64,000 nt of DNA, from NCBI RefSeq assembly GCF_009914755.1, contig NC_060929.1. One strand, 5' to 3'. Shown one piece after another: positions 42,620 to 60,620 of the stretch (its first letter is position 1; the number at the start of each line of letters is the position of its first letter). Below the pieces are notes generated by a model. The model made no database searches. It saw only the letters and a list, made by a program, of their open reading frames with translations, and was not told where the DNA came from. This stretch comes from the human T2T-CHM13v2.0 reference genome, Homo sapiens. The position numbers were made by a program, and so were the translations under genes.

Positions 42620-44570
42620 CTGGCAGAGATTGGCAAACTGCTTTATCAAACCAATTAGTATACAACTAATCTACATTTTCCAACCCCTCTTGAAGTTAGG
42701 TTTGGGTCATGTGACTTAGGAATTGCTTAATCCTTAAGTGGAATGTGGATGAAAACTATCTGAGCCATTTCCAGGTGTGGCCCATAAAATCTCATATCTC
42801 CCACTCATTTTTTATGTCTTAGATGGATGCCTACCTTTTTAAGATGAAGGAGTAATTATCACAATTATCAGCCTAAATAACGCCATTTGGACTTAAGTGA
42901 TCATCAAATAAACATCCGTTTTGTTAAACCAATGAGAGTTTGGAATTTTTTGTTATAGTACAGGTAGCACTATTCTGATACAGAAATTGGTGCTAGAAAA
43001 ATGATACTCCTATAGGGGTGGGGGACGGGGAAGGAGCCCAAAAGCCCAAAATATAGGGTCTGGCACAGAGTCGGGAGGAAAATGACTAGCCAGGGCTAAA
43101 AAACGAGATTCATGTCATACAGTGACAAAGCAGTTATTAAAATGATCATCTGCAATTTTTTAGAAGGTGGGCCACATGGTTCCTAACCCTATAGCTCTAG
43201 GAAAAAAGACTGGAAAATGAAATGTTATTAGTGAGTGTTGGGCTGTGGGAATCATTTACTAGTTTGCAAGCAAAACAAAAATGAAAAGCAAAGGATCAAA
43301 TATCACTGCTTCCAGTCCCAAGTGATAAGAGATTGTGTACAAAGATCCACTGAGACTCCTGGCTCCAGCATAGACCTGAGTAAGGGTGTGCAATTTCCTT
43401 CCAAACATGATAGCCTTTAAGGCATAAGGACAAAGGAAGGAAAATGCAAGGCAGGCTTGAAAACTTTATTTAGGAAAGAACTTTAAGAGATGCTACCAAT
43501 GTATGTAATAGAATAGACACCCTCCTCTCAAAAACTATAGTCATTTGCCTGTTTTTGGTGCCAAAGTAATTGCAAGACTGGACTCCATCAGCCTTTGAAT
43601 GTTCTATCATTAAACGTACTTTGGGGCTCCCAAACTTTCTCAGGGAAGAGGTGGGATGCAAAAACTATAAAAAACCCCAAGGAGGGTACACTCTCCATCA
43701 TTTATTTCAAATGTGGCATATGGTAATTATGAAAAAAAAAATCTCCAAGAGGATGGCTCTAGTGCTTTGAAAAACAATGAACAAGTACTTCCTTCCAGAT
43801 AGCAAAATTAAAATCAAAGAAATGCCCTCACTCCTGGATCAGAGGACTTCAAAATGCTTGCTAGTGAGATATCGTAACTATAACAGAACGGTGTGTCCTC
43901 TGTATCTCTCATATTCCGTAATGGGAATGGCAGCTTCTATTATAAATTTGTCCTTACTCATCCTAATATGCTGGGCCTGGTGGCAGGGGAGAAATTTCTG
44001 TACCTGGTGTTTAAGAAGGTATATCCAGAATTGATGGAAAGAACCATGCTTCATTCAGAGATCTTGGACTTTGAGCTGGTTATAGTAACTGGATGGAACT
44101 TTGAATTGCCTCTGTTGAGGAAGGAGGGTGTATGTTCTGGGTGTGGTAGGATATTTGGTAACCAGAAGGACATAGTATGTTAAAAACTGGCTAAGTGCTC
44201 ACTGAATCTATTACTTCTTTCCTTAGGCACCTGGGCAAATAATATTTCCCAGCCTCCATAAAGTTAGGCAAATTCTGGCCAGTGGAATACAGGTAAAATG
44301 ATTACATGATTTTCACCTTCCCCACAAAACTTTCCAGATAATCTTCCACACTTCTTCCATTATATCCCAGACAGACGTTGATATACTGGGCAATTTTCAA
44401 GATAGAGTTTGAAGATGGTGAAGTTTCTATTTGCTGGGTTCTCTGAATAATTGCATTGAGCAGATCCTCCCAAGTCCATCCAGTCTTTACACAAGCAAAA
44501 AATGAATGAGTATTGAAGTGACTGAGATTTAGGGAGTTTATCTGTTACTGTAGTTAGGATTATCCTTACA
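42620..44570 (+). mobile_element. MLT1-type MaLR provirus remnant (LTR - internal - LTR)
   Basis: LTR-like 42620-42983 and ~44175-44570 share catttcc(c)a.cc.c...aagttagg and gaga.tt.gg.a.tt..tgtta..gta motifs. LTR/internal junction tgataca-gaaattggtgc at ~42977-42993. Confidence 0.6.
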
Positions 44571-45559
44571 CATATATGATATATGGTTGGGATCTAACTA
44601 TTCTATTTTGTCCAAAATGAATAATGTTCTAATGCTATATTTGAGTAATTGGGTTATCCTTATTTGAAATGTCACCATATAATCATGTAAATGTTCCTGG
44701 AGACTCTTTTTGCTTATCTCTTTATCTGATCCAGTATTACATTTTAAACTATTATACCTTTATATTTTATTCAGATAACCAGTAGCTTGGTTTATCCATA
44801 AATCTTTTCCCCCAAATTTCCTTAGCTATTCTTATACCTTTTCTTTACAAATAATTTTTTAATCAATTTGTGAAATTTTATTTTTTTAATTATGTTGGGT
44901 CATTACTTTTGATTAATTTTAGGAATTATTTGTAACCTGGGAAGTATTTGTATTTCAAACATCTCTTTTTGTTATTCTCTAATTAGTTGCATAAAATCAT
45001 GGATTTGCCAGTGTGAATTGGGCCTATACTATAGAATTGTAGAACAAATTATATGTACAGGAACATGTTCAGTAGCCTAAGTACGATATCATCCTGCAAA
45101 AATTAAGTAGCCTTAAGCTGAATACTGGAATGTTGTTTGTACTTTGAACATGTGTTTCTCTTCAGGGGAAAACTTGTTTTGAAAGAAAGTCATTCTCCAT
45201 GTTGTTTTCAGGATAAAATTAAAAGGATGTTTTTCAGTAAAGACAGCCAAAGCTTAGAGGGTCAATAAAGGGAGGAGGGTATTTGTGTTTATTTTTCAAC
45301 GACTACGGTATGAATACTCAATGCTTAGCTTTGCTCTCTCTATCTGGACAGAAGTTCACAGCCTTCACATACACCAACAAACAAGCAATTTAGCTCGTAT
45401 TTGAAATAGGTGTGAATTAGTTGATATCGTAGGCACCAGCTATGATAAAGGAGAGGTTGTCAGGCCCTATCAAATTTTTAAAGATTTACAAGCACTAAAA
45501 TTGCACAATTAATGTACCTAAAGTATATGTTCTTGAGTGCTTGAATTTATGTTCTGCAC

Positions 45560-45830
45560 TTTAATACCTGCAAGCCTCCCTCCCTCAATTTTTCAGATCT
45601 CTGTTCAAAGGTCATCTTGTTAGAGAGAACTTCTCTGACTTCACTTAGAAAGTATCAACTGGTTATTTCCTCCTTTTTGCTTTTTCTTCTATGACATTCA
45701 TCACCTAACATATATAAGTTTATATAGTTTTCAGCCTCCTCCATCTAGAATATAGATTTGTGGATTAGGGACAATTTTGAACAGTGGTTGATACATAGTA
45801 AGTGCTCAGTTAAATATTTGCTTTTCGAAA
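45560..45830 (+). mobile_element. L2 3' end fragment
   Basis: tcagatctctgttcaaaggtcatc..; gaacagtggttgatacatagtaagtgctcagttaaatatttg. Confidence 0.6.
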
Positions 45831-47029
45831 ATATGCATAAGTTTTTCAGTTTATCAATGACTCATATGGTTGAATAGCTGTAGTCACCAGTTAGGAGGCT
45901 ATTAGAATAATCTAAATGAGAGATAAGTGGCTTGGGCTTGAGTAGTAGCAGTGGAGAATGAGAATGGGAGAGAGAGTGATGGATATTTGATTATATAGAA
46001 AGGAATGAATCAATCCCCTAAGGAAAGTATGGTAGAGTAATTGAAATAAGAAACAGTATGATTACTGGGCAGCATTTGGGGCCCATTTGAACTTTACCAT
46101 AATTGATTTAAAGTGAAAGCAATCAGTATAGGTATTTGTATTTTTATTTCTGTGATATGCTTTTTTTTTAACCATATCTATTTTGGGCTCTTGGTCTTTT
46201 TCGTTATTTGTTTGTGGGAGCTCCTCATATGTTAAAGGAATTAGCCCTTTGCCTACCATGCCTTGCAAAGAATTTTCATTTTCTCATTTGCCTTTTAGCT
46301 TTAATTTTTTTTCAAACAGAATATTTCATTTTATTCATGTTATAAATGTGATCTGATCTTTTACATTCTAATTGGCTGTTGGTGGTATATGTGAAGGTTA
46401 TGAACTCCTATATACTGATAATTTTCTCAGCCACCTTACAAAACTCTCATTATTTTTAATAGTTTCTCTGTTGTTTCTCTTGTATTTTTCCAGGTTCAGA
46501 ATTATATCATCTAAAGATATTAATAGTTTTACTTATTCCTTTCTAATTTTCATAATTCTTTATCTTGCCTAATTAGAATTGCTAGTACCTCCAGTAAAAC
46601 ATACAATAATAGCAATGATATTAGACCACCTTGTTTATTTCTGACTTTAATGGGAATAATTCTAGTGTTTGCTTTTAGCATGAAATTCACTTTTAAATTT
46701 AGACAGATATGGTGTTAAGATCTATTCCTCTTACTGAAGTGTATTTTTTTTCAGTTCAAGAATAGACATTGAGCTTTATCAGATACCTTTTAAACATTTA
46801 TGAAAATGAAGATATGATTTTTTGTTGTTCTTTAAACATTTCTTGGAATAACTCTGAAAGAACATTTGTGCCTAGTGCATTTTGACAACTCTATTTTTTC
46901 TGTATTAAGTTATCTGTTTCTATTTTAATCTGAACTCAATTTAAATTTTTCTTTAAAAGTAACCATTTTGTCCCTGTTATATATGTTATTTGCAGAACTA
47001 AACAATGTAACCTCTTGATTTTTTAAAAT

Positions 47030-47310
47030 TTTATTTTTTATTTTTTGAGACAGGGTCTCACTGTGTCACCCAGGTGAGTGCTATAACACGATCATGGCTC
47101 ACTGCAGCCTTGAGCTCCAGGGTTCAAGCGATCCTCCTACCTCAGCCTCCTAAGTAGCTGTGACTACAGATACATGCCACCACACCTGGCTTTGTAGAGA
47201 CAACATCTTGCTATGTTGCCCAGGCTATTCTTGAACCCTGAGCTCAACTGATCCTCTTTCCTTGGCTTCCCAAAGTGCTGGAATTACAGGCATGAACCAC
47301 CACACTTGGC
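47030..47310 (-). mobile_element. AluJ-class
   Basis: Antisense dimer lacking the middle A-rich linker. TSD acctcttgattttt at 47010-47023 and 47311-47324. Confidence 0.85.
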
Positions 47311-47921
47311 ACCTCTTGATTTTTAAAATAACTTCTGCTAGTTTGAACTATTTTGCCCTTTTTCTTATTTTGCATATTTGTGTTTTATACTTCTTTTCTA
47401 GATTAGTTAGTTAACAATTTTCCTAAGGAAGGTATGTATTTTTTCTTTGTGTGCTCTTTTAGCCATATCCCATAGGTTCCAATGCATTGTGATTTTTAAG
47501 ATACTGTTTTTCTCTTTTCGACCTTTTCAAAATTTCATTTCACCTGTTTTCTCGATTTTCCTTCTCTGCTATTTTAGAATTTCTTTTGGTATTAACCTTT
47601 AAAGTTAAAGGTATGTATTTTCTTAAAATCTAAATGAATCTCATTCTATAGGCCTACCAAATAATATATAGGCCTCAGAAGTCTTTCACCACTCTTATCT
47701 TGCATGCATTTTTGTCAAATATTTTAATTACTATAGATTATTGCTTAAAACAGTCAATATTCATGTAGATTTACCCACGTTTACCAGTTTCTGTGTTCAT
47801 CAATTTTTCCTTGTCTCCATCCTTCTTTCTAATATTATTTTTCTACTTTCTTAAGTACATATGTTTTCAGCATTGTATAGTGATAGTCTCATTCTTAAAT
47901 AATAGTCTAATAGGGTCATGA

Positions 47922-48288
<367 letters not shown>

Positions 48289-48463
48289 TGACTTTCTTTT
48301 GTTTCTGTCAAGTCAGCTCTCAGTCACATTGTCATTTTATAGGCAACTTTTGTGTGTGTCACTGATTCTTTTACAATATGAAATAATTGCATTTCTTAAC
48401 AGAGGCTCTCTTTACAGTTGTAATTTTGTATACTCTACTTAATAATACTCCACGGCTTTAGAA

Positions 48464-48600
48464 TAAGGGTCAGCAAACTTTTTTTGTAACAGATGAGGTT
48501 GTAAATATTCTAGACTTTGCAGGCCATAAGGTCTCTGTGGCAGCTACTCAACTCTGGTATTGTAGCACAAAAGCAGCTATGGATAATATGGAAACAAATT
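48464..48600 (+). mobile_element. MER58A left part (split by L1)
   Basis: agggtcagcaaactttt..gtaaatattctagactttgcaggccataaggtctctgtggcagctactcaactctg..aaagcagct. Confidence 0.82.
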
Positions 48601-50650
48601 ATTCATTAAATTTTTTTTATTTAACTTTTAAGTTTTAGGGGTGGATGTGCAGGTTTGTTATATAGTTAATCTCCTTGTCACAGGAGGTTGGTGTACTGAT
48701 AGTCTTGTCTCCCTGGTAATGCGCATGATACCTCATAGGTAGTTTTTCTGATCCTCTCCCTCCACCCACCCTCCACCCTTAAGTAGGACCCAGTGTCTGC
48801 TGTTCCTCTCCTAGTAGCCACGTGTTCTCATTGTTTAGTCCCCACTTGCAGGTGAGAATGTGCAGTATTGGATTTTCTGTTCCTGTGTTAGTTTGCTTAG
48901 GATAATGGCCTCCAGCTCCATCCACATTGCTTCAAAGGACTTGATCTCATTTTCTTTTTAATGGCATCATATGGGGCATATGTACCACATTTTCTTTATC
49001 GAGTCTAACATTGGTGATCATTTAGATTGATTCTATGTCTTTGCTATTGTGAATAGGGCTGCAGTGAACATACATGTGCATGAGTGTTTATGGTAGAACA
49101 ATTAATATTCCTTTGGATATATACCCAATAATGAGATTGTTGAGTCAAATAATAATTCTCTTTCGAGTTCTTTGAGGAATTGTCACAACTACTTTCCACA
49201 ATGGCTGAACTAATTTACACTTCAACCAGTAGTGTAAGTATTCCCTTTTCTCCACAACCTTGCCAGCATCTATTATTTTTTTTTTTTACTTTTTAATAAT
49301 AGCCATTCTCACTGGTGTGAGATGGTATTGCATTGTGGTTTTGATTGACATTTCTCAAATGATTAGTGATGTTGAGCATTTTTTCATATGCTTGTTGGCT
49401 GCATGTATGTCTTCTTTTGAAAAGTGTCTGTTCATGTCTCTTACCCATTTTCTAATGGAGGTTTTTAGTTTTTTTCTTGTGACTTTGTTTAAATTCCTTA
49501 TAGATTCTGGATATTAGATCTTTGTTGGATGCATTGTTTGTTAAATATTTTCTCCCATTCCATAGGTTTTCTCTTTATTCTGTTGATAGTTTCTTTTGCT
49601 GTGCAAAAGCTCTTTAATTTAACTAGGTCCTACTTGTCAATTTTTGTTTTTCTTGCAATTACTTTCAGTATCTTTGTCATGAAACCTTTGCCAAGTCCTG
49701 TGTTCAGAATGGTATTTTCTGGGTTGTCTTTCAGGGTTTTTATAGTTTTAGTTTTTACATTTAAGTCTTTAATCCATCTTGAGTTAATTTTTGTATCTGG
49801 TGTAAGGTAGGGGTCCAATTTCAATCTTCTGCATATGGCTAGCCCATCATCCTAGCACCATTTATGAACAGAGAGTCCTATCCACATTGCTTGTTTTTGT
49901 CAACTTTGTCAAAGACAAGATGGTTGTACATTTGTGGCACTATTTCCAGACTCTTTATTCTGTTTTGGTCTATGTGTCTGTTTTTGTACCAGGACCATGC
50001 TGTTTTGGTTACTGTAGATCTGTAGTATAGTTTGAAGTCAGGTAGTGTGATGCCTCCGTCTTTGTTCTTTTTGTTTAAGATTGCCTTGGCTGTTTGGGCT
50101 CTTTTTTGGTTTCATATGAATTTTAAAATAGATTTTTCTAATCCTGCCAAAAATGTCATTGGTAGTTTCATAAGAATAGTACTGAATCTGTAAATTGCTT
50201 CAGGCAGTATGGCCATTTTAACAATATTGATTCTTTCTATCCATGAGCATGGAATGTTTTTCCATATGTTTGTGTCATCTCTGATTTCGTTGAGAAATGT
50301 TTTATAATTCTCATTGTAGAGATCTTTCACCTCAATAGTTAGCTGTATTCCTAGGTATTTTATTCTTTTTGTGGTAATTGTGAATGGGATTCTGTTCCTG
50401 ATTTGGCTCTTGGCTTGTATGTCACTGGTGTATAGGAATGCTACTGATTTTTATACATTGATTTTGTATCTTGAAACTTTCCTGAAGGTCTTTATCATAT
50501 TGAGGAGCTTTTGGGCAGAGATGGTGGGGTTTTCTAGATATAGAATCATGTCATCTGCAAACAGAAATATTTTAACTTTCTCTCTTCCTATTTGGAGGCC
50601 TTTTATTTCTTATTCTTGCCTGATTGCACTGGCGATGACTTCCAATACTA

Positions 50651-50773
<123 letters not shown>

Positions 50774-50816
50774 TTAAAAGTATGATCCTTCAATGCCTAG
50801 TTTATTGAGGATTTTT

Positions 50817-54704
<3,888 letters not shown>

Positions 54705-57700
54705 TAACATGAAGGAGTGTTGAATTTAGTTGAAAGCCTTTTCTGCATCTATTTAGATAATCACGTGGTTATTATTTGTAGTTCTGCTTATGTGATTAAT
54801 CATATTTATTGATTTGCATATGTTGAACCAATCTTGCATCCCAGGGATGAAACCCACTTCATTGGGCTGGATTAGCTTTTTGCTGTGCTGCTGGATTCAG
54901 TTTGCTAGTATTTTCTTGAGGATTTTTCCATCTATGTTCATCAAGGATATTGGCCTGAAGTTTTCTTTCTTTGTTTTTTCTCTGCCACGTTTTGATATCA
55001 GGATGATCTTAGCCTCATATAATGAGCTGAGGAGGAGTTCCTCATGCTCAGTTTTTTGGAATAGTTTCAGCAGGAATGCACCAGCTCTTCTTTATACATC
55101 TGGTAGAATCTGGCTGTGGATCCATCTGGTCTTGGGATTTATTTGGTTGGTTGGTTTTTATTACTGATTTAATTTCAGAACTTATTATTGGTCTATTCAG
55201 GGATTCAGCTTCTCCTGATACAATTTCAGGAGGTTGTATGTGTCCAGGAATTTATCCATTTCTTCTATATTTTCTAGTTTGGGTGCATAGAAGTGTTCAT
55301 AGTAGTCTCTGTTGGGTTTTATTTGTTTGTTTGTTTGTATTTCTGTGGGGTCAGTGGTAAAGTCCTCTTTGTTGTTTCTAATTGTGTTTATTTGGATCTT
55401 TTTTGTTTATTAGTCCAGCCAGTGGTCTATTTCTCTTATTAATTTTATCAAAGAACCAAAACCTGGATTCATTGATCTTTTTGTATGATTTTTTAATGTC
55501 TCAATTTCCTTCAGCTCACCTCTGATTTTGGTTATTTCTTGTCTTCCATAAGCTTTGGGATTGGCATGCTCTTGTTTCTCTAGTTCTTCCAGTTGTAATG
55601 TTAGGTTGTTAATTTGAGATCTTTCTTACTTTTTAATGTGGGCATTTAGTACTATAAAATTCCCTGTTAACGCTGTCTTATCTGTGTCCTAGAGATTCTA
55701 GTATGTTGTATCTTCGTTCAAATTAGTTTCTAAGAATTTCTTGGTTGCTGCCTTAATTTCATTGTTTCCCCAAACATTATTCAGGAGCAGGTTATTTATT
55801 TCTAGGTAATTGTATGATTTTGAGTGATTTTCTTAGTATTGATTCCTATTTTTATTGCACTGTTATTCTGAGAGTATGGTTAGTATGATTCTAGTCTTTT
55901 TTAATTTGCTGAGTATTGTGTTTTATGTTTGATTGTATGGTTGATTTCAGAATGAGAAGAATGTGCCATGTGGCAATGAGAAGAATGTATATTCTGTTGT
56001 TTTGGGGTGTAGAGTTCTGTCTGTTAGGTCCATTTGGTCAAGTGTTAAGTTCAGGCCCTGAATATCTTTGTTATTTTTCTGCCTCAATAATCTGTCTAAT
56101 ACTGTCAGTGGAGTGTTGAAGTCTCCCACTACTATTGTTTGGGAATCTAAGTCTTTGTAGGCCTCCAAGAACTTGCTTCATGAGTCTGGGTGGTCCTGTT
56201 TGGCTCCCTATATATTTAGGATAGTTAGGTCTTCTTGTTGAATTAAACGCTTTATCATTATGCAATACCCTTCTTTATCTTTTTTTTTTTTAATCATTGT
56301 TGGTTTAAAGTCTGTTTTGTCTGAAATTAGGATTGCAACCCCTGCTTTTTCTGTTTTCCATTTACTTGGTAGGTTTTTTTCCATCCCTTTGTTTTGAGCC
56401 TGTGGATATCATTGCATGTGAGATTGGTTTCTTGAAAACCCTTCTTGGGTCTTGCTTCATTATCTAGCTTGCCACTCCATGCCTTTTAATTGGGGCATTT
56501 AGCACATTTACATTCAAGGCGAATATTGATATGTGTGGATTTGATCCTGTCATCATGTTCTTAGCTGGTTATTATGCAGACTTTTTGTGTGGTTGCTTTG
56601 TAGTGTCACTGGTATGTATACTTAAGTGTGATTTTGTAGTAGCTGGTAACAGTCCTTTCCGTATCGAGCACTCCTTTTATAAGCTCTTGTAAGGCAGGTC
56701 TGATGATAATGAATTCCCTCAGCATTTGGTTGTCTGAAAAGGATCTTATTTCTCCTCCACTCATGAAACCTAGTTTGGCCACATATGAAATTTTTGGTTG
56801 GAAATTTTTTTCTTTAAGAATGCCGAATTAGACTACCAGTCTCTTCTGAGTTGTAGGGTTTCTGCTGAAAGGTCCGCTGTTAGCTTGATGGGATTCCCTT
56901 TATAGATGACCTGCCTCTTCTCTCTAGTTGGCTTTAACATTTTTTCTTTCATTTGGACCTTGTAGAATCTGATTATAATGGTGTTTTGGAGATGGTCTTG
57001 TATAATCTCTCACAGAGGTTCTCTGCATTTCCTGGATTTGAATGTTTACCTCTCTAGAGAGGTGGGGGAAGTTTTCATGCATGATATTCTGAAATATGTT
57101 TTTCAAGTTGTTTGCATTCTCCCCATCTCTTTCAGGGATGCCAGTGAGTTGTAGATTATGTGTCTTTACAAAATCCTATATTTCTTGGAGGTTTTGCTTT
57201 TTACTTTTTTATTCTTTTTTCTTTATTTTTGTCTGACTGAATTATTTCAGAGTGCCAGTCTTCGAGTCCTGAGATTCCTCCCTCAGCTTGGTCTATTCTG
57301 CTGTGAATACTGTGTTTGCATTATGCAATTCTTGCAGTGTGTTTTTCAGCTCTATCAGGTCAGTTTAGTTCTTTTTTATAATGGCGATTTCATCTGTCAG
57401 CTCCTGTATCGTTTTACAGTGATTCTTAGCTTCCTTGGATTGAGTTTCGACATTCTCCTCAACCTCAATGATCTTCATTACTATCCATATTCTTAATTCA
57501 ATTTCTGCCATTTCAGTAATTTCGACTCAGTTAAGAACCTTGCTGGGCAAATAGTGCAGTCATTTGGAGGAAAGAGGCTTTTTGAGTGCTCAGAGGTCTC
57601 GTGCTGGTTATTTCTCATTTGTATGGGCTGATGTTCCTTTAGTCTTTGAAGCTGCTGTCCTTTCGATGGATTTTTTTGCTTTTTTTTTTCTTTGATTCCC

Positions 57701-57899
57701 TTGGGGATTTGATTGTGGTATAAGGTGGGTTTGGCTGGCTTGCTTTGATTCTAGTCAGCTCCTGGGCCTTGGAGGAGCCCCCTCCAATTGCTGTCTCCAT
57801 GCCCATGTTTCTTTTGTTGGGTATCCTGCTCCATGGGGCTGCTTAGGCAGGCCCCACAGTTGGCAGACAAGCTATGTCCTTGCCCAGTCAGCCCTCATA

Positions 57900-58790
57900 T
57901 GTTGTTCCTGTGCTTCCTGGGAAAACACAGGGTTGCGCCTGGTCACAGAGTTCAGGTGGAAGCAGGACCATTGAGTTGGAAGCTTTAGCAGGTGTGTCCT
58001 GTCTGGCTTTAGGAGGCAGGGCTGGATGGAGTTGCCTGCCTTGCCCTCTGGATGTTTCCAGGGTAAGAAGAAGCTTCAACCCTTGGCAAACTCATGCAGA
58101 AGTAGGACTTCAGAGCCGGAAGCTTTAGCAGGTGTTGCCTGCCTGGCTGCCAGGGGTGGAAGTGAGTGGGTTCCTGTGCTCTGCCATTGGGGTGTTTCCC
58201 AGGACAACAGGAAGCTGCACCCTCCAACTGAGTTCATGCAGAAGTGGGTCCACTGGGCCAGAAGCTCTAGCAGGCATTGCCTACCTGGCTATCAGTGGCA
58301 GGGGTGGGTGGGCTGGCCTGCCCTGACATGTGGGTGCTTCCTGGGGCAATAGGAGGCTGCACCCACCAGCTGAGTTCACACAGAAGTGGGGCCGCTGGGC
58401 TGGAAGCTCTAGCAGGTGTTGCCCACCTGACTACCAGTGGTGAGGATGGGTGGAGTGTCATGCACCCTGCTGTCCAAGTGTTTCCAGAACAACAGGAAGC
58501 TGTATCCTCCAGTTGAGTTCACACAGAAGCAGGACCCCTGGGCCAGAAACTCTAGCAAGCATTGTCCTCCTGGCTATCAGTGGTGGGGGTAGGTGGAGTC
58601 ACATGCCCTGCCACCCAAGTGTTTCCTGGTACATCAGGAAGCTGTATCCTCCAGCTGAGTTCACACAAAAACAGGACCACTGGGCTGGAAGCTCTAGCAA
58701 GCATCGCCCACTTGACTTCAAGTGGCGGGGTAGTTGGAGTGGCCAGCCAAGTTCAGGCTGAATCAGAACTGCTGGGCCAGAAGCTGGCAG
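57900..58790 (-). repeat. ~142-bp tandem array (~6 copies) in the old L1 5'UTR
   Basis: Anchor (g/a)gaa(g/a)ct(c/t)tagca recurs at 57978, 58118, 58260, 58402, 58545, 58687 and, partially, 58779. Confidence 0.85.
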
Positions 58791-59304
58791 CAAGCCCCAT
58801 CCAGCAGTGTGAGATGGAGCAATCTTACTGCTTCCAGGCACCACAACTGCAGCCTCTGTTGGGGCTATTAAGCTGATACTGATCTGCTCCAGGGCCCAAA
58901 GCTTGTAGAGGTCCCTTTGGACTTGACTGTTGCCCCCACAAAACATCTGAGTGGCTCCCTGCCTCAGTCTGGGAGTGTGGTAGGGGTTTCTGGGAGGTCC
59001 AGGGGGATTCTCCTGATCCATCTTGCACAGTTCCTGTGGAGAGCATGAATCCCCCTAGAGGCTCTCATTCTCTCACCTTTCCTGTATTGGAGAGGTTTTC
59101 CTGGCTCCGAGCTAAGCCCAGACAGGCTGGTGCCCAGCTTCGCTCTTCTCTGCTGTTTGTGTTCCCCTGCTGACTTGCTGGGTCCCCAGTGTGGTTTCTC
59201 AGATCATCAGTCTGCAGGGTCCGTGTTCACTAGCTCTTTTGTTTCCTGTCCGTGAGTGTGGCATACATGAGCTGTTTGTAGTTTGCCATCTTGGCTTGAA
59301 AGAC

Positions 59305-59389
59305 ACTGTAACTGTGTTTCAATGAACTTTATCTACAAAATCAGGTGGTAAGCCTGATTTGGCTCATGGTTCATATTTATTGATGCCTG
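59305..59389 (+). mobile_element. MER58A right part
   Basis: ctgtgtttcaatgaactttatctacaaaatcaggtgg..gatttggctcatgg..cctg continues the consensus from 48600. Confidence 0.78.
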
Positions 59390-59795
59390 CTATAGATAGT
59401 ATCTTTTACTGCCTTTTCTGAGTAATGATTAAATTAATATATTTATCTTTCTCTCAGCTTCCTTTCCTCCACTACTATTAGTTGGCAGCATTATGTTTCT
59501 TAGATTTTATTTTTATATTCATAAATGTAAGAATAGGCAAATGGATATATTTATTTTTAAATTGCATATTTTGACCCCAGCTATAAAAATATGAAGAAAT
59601 AGAACACACCTTTTCATTTTTTCCCCTCAAATTTGTTAGTTATGTCATTTCTACCTTATGAAGGCTTATGACATTTACATTCTGTAATACCACCCAAATC
59701 GTTGTGGGTCAGGTGACTTATTGAAGATCACACAGCCAATAAGTGATGAAGCTAGGATATAAACTTGAATAAACTTTGCTGTTGACAATTGTTAT

Positions 59796-60150
59796 TGTCT
59801 TAGCCTGTTCAGGCTGCTGTATCAAAATACCATAGACTGAGTGGCTTGTAAATGACATACATTTCTTTTTCACGGTTCTGGAGGCTGGGAAGTACAAGAC
59901 CAAGTTTCTGGCAGATTTAGTGTCTGGTAAGGGCCCAGTCCTCACTCATGATGCCTTCTTGCTGAGTCCTCACATGGTGGAAGGGGCAAACAGGCTCCCT
60001 TGGACCTCATTTATAAAGGCACTTATCCCACTCATGAGCACTCCACCCTTGTCATCTAATCACCTCCCAACGATCTCTTAATATCATCACCTTGGGAGTG
60101 AGGATTTCAGCATATAAGCTTGAGGAGAGAAACACATTCAAACCATAGCA
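59796..60150 (-). mobile_element. MLT1A-like MaLR solo LTR
   Basis: tgtcttag..ggctgct..aaaataccatagactgagtggctt..ttctggaggctgggaagt..cacattcaaaccatagca. Confidence 0.85.
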
Positions 60151-60399
60151 ACTACACTTTTCTGAAGCTAGGATAATCCCAATACTAAAACCTAACAAAG
60201 ATTGTGGGGGTGGGAGGAGCTCAATCATTTGTAAATGTAGTTGTAAATAATACAGCAAACCAAATTCTATACAGTTTTAAAAGTTGTCCAGCATTGTCAT
60301 GTTAGTTACATTTTAGAAAGTAAATTTGATTAAATATATCATTCCAGTAAAACCAATAAAAGATATTTTTTCATCCCAATAAAAAAAGACATATTTAGT

Positions 60400-60620
60400 A
60401 AAATCTGTTTTTATTTCTAAGAAAAGCATTAAAAATCTAGGGAAAGAAGGATGATTTCTCAACATGAAAATGGATGTCTTAGACAAATAGACAAATAGCA
60501 AATATTGTATTTAATGGCGACATGTTGGAAATTAAAAACACAATGAGGATGGTTGCTATTACCATTTTCACTTAATGGTGTTGTGAAAGTTGAAACCAGT
60601 GAAAGGAAGAAATAAAATTA
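60400..60620 (+). mobile_element. Ancient L1M ORF2 fragment
   Basis: Degenerate RT-region motifs (ctagg..gaagga..tttctcaacatga..; gcaaatattgtatttaatgg). Confidence 0.45.

Noticed and set aside
43015-43034. G-quadruplex at ggggtgggggacggggaagg
   Set aside because: Only three runs of three or more G; weaker than the motif at 33886.
57900-58790. Regularly spaced motif as a CRISPR-like array
   Set aside because: The whole units are homologous (no unique spacers), there are no cas genes, and it lies inside an L1 5'UTR.
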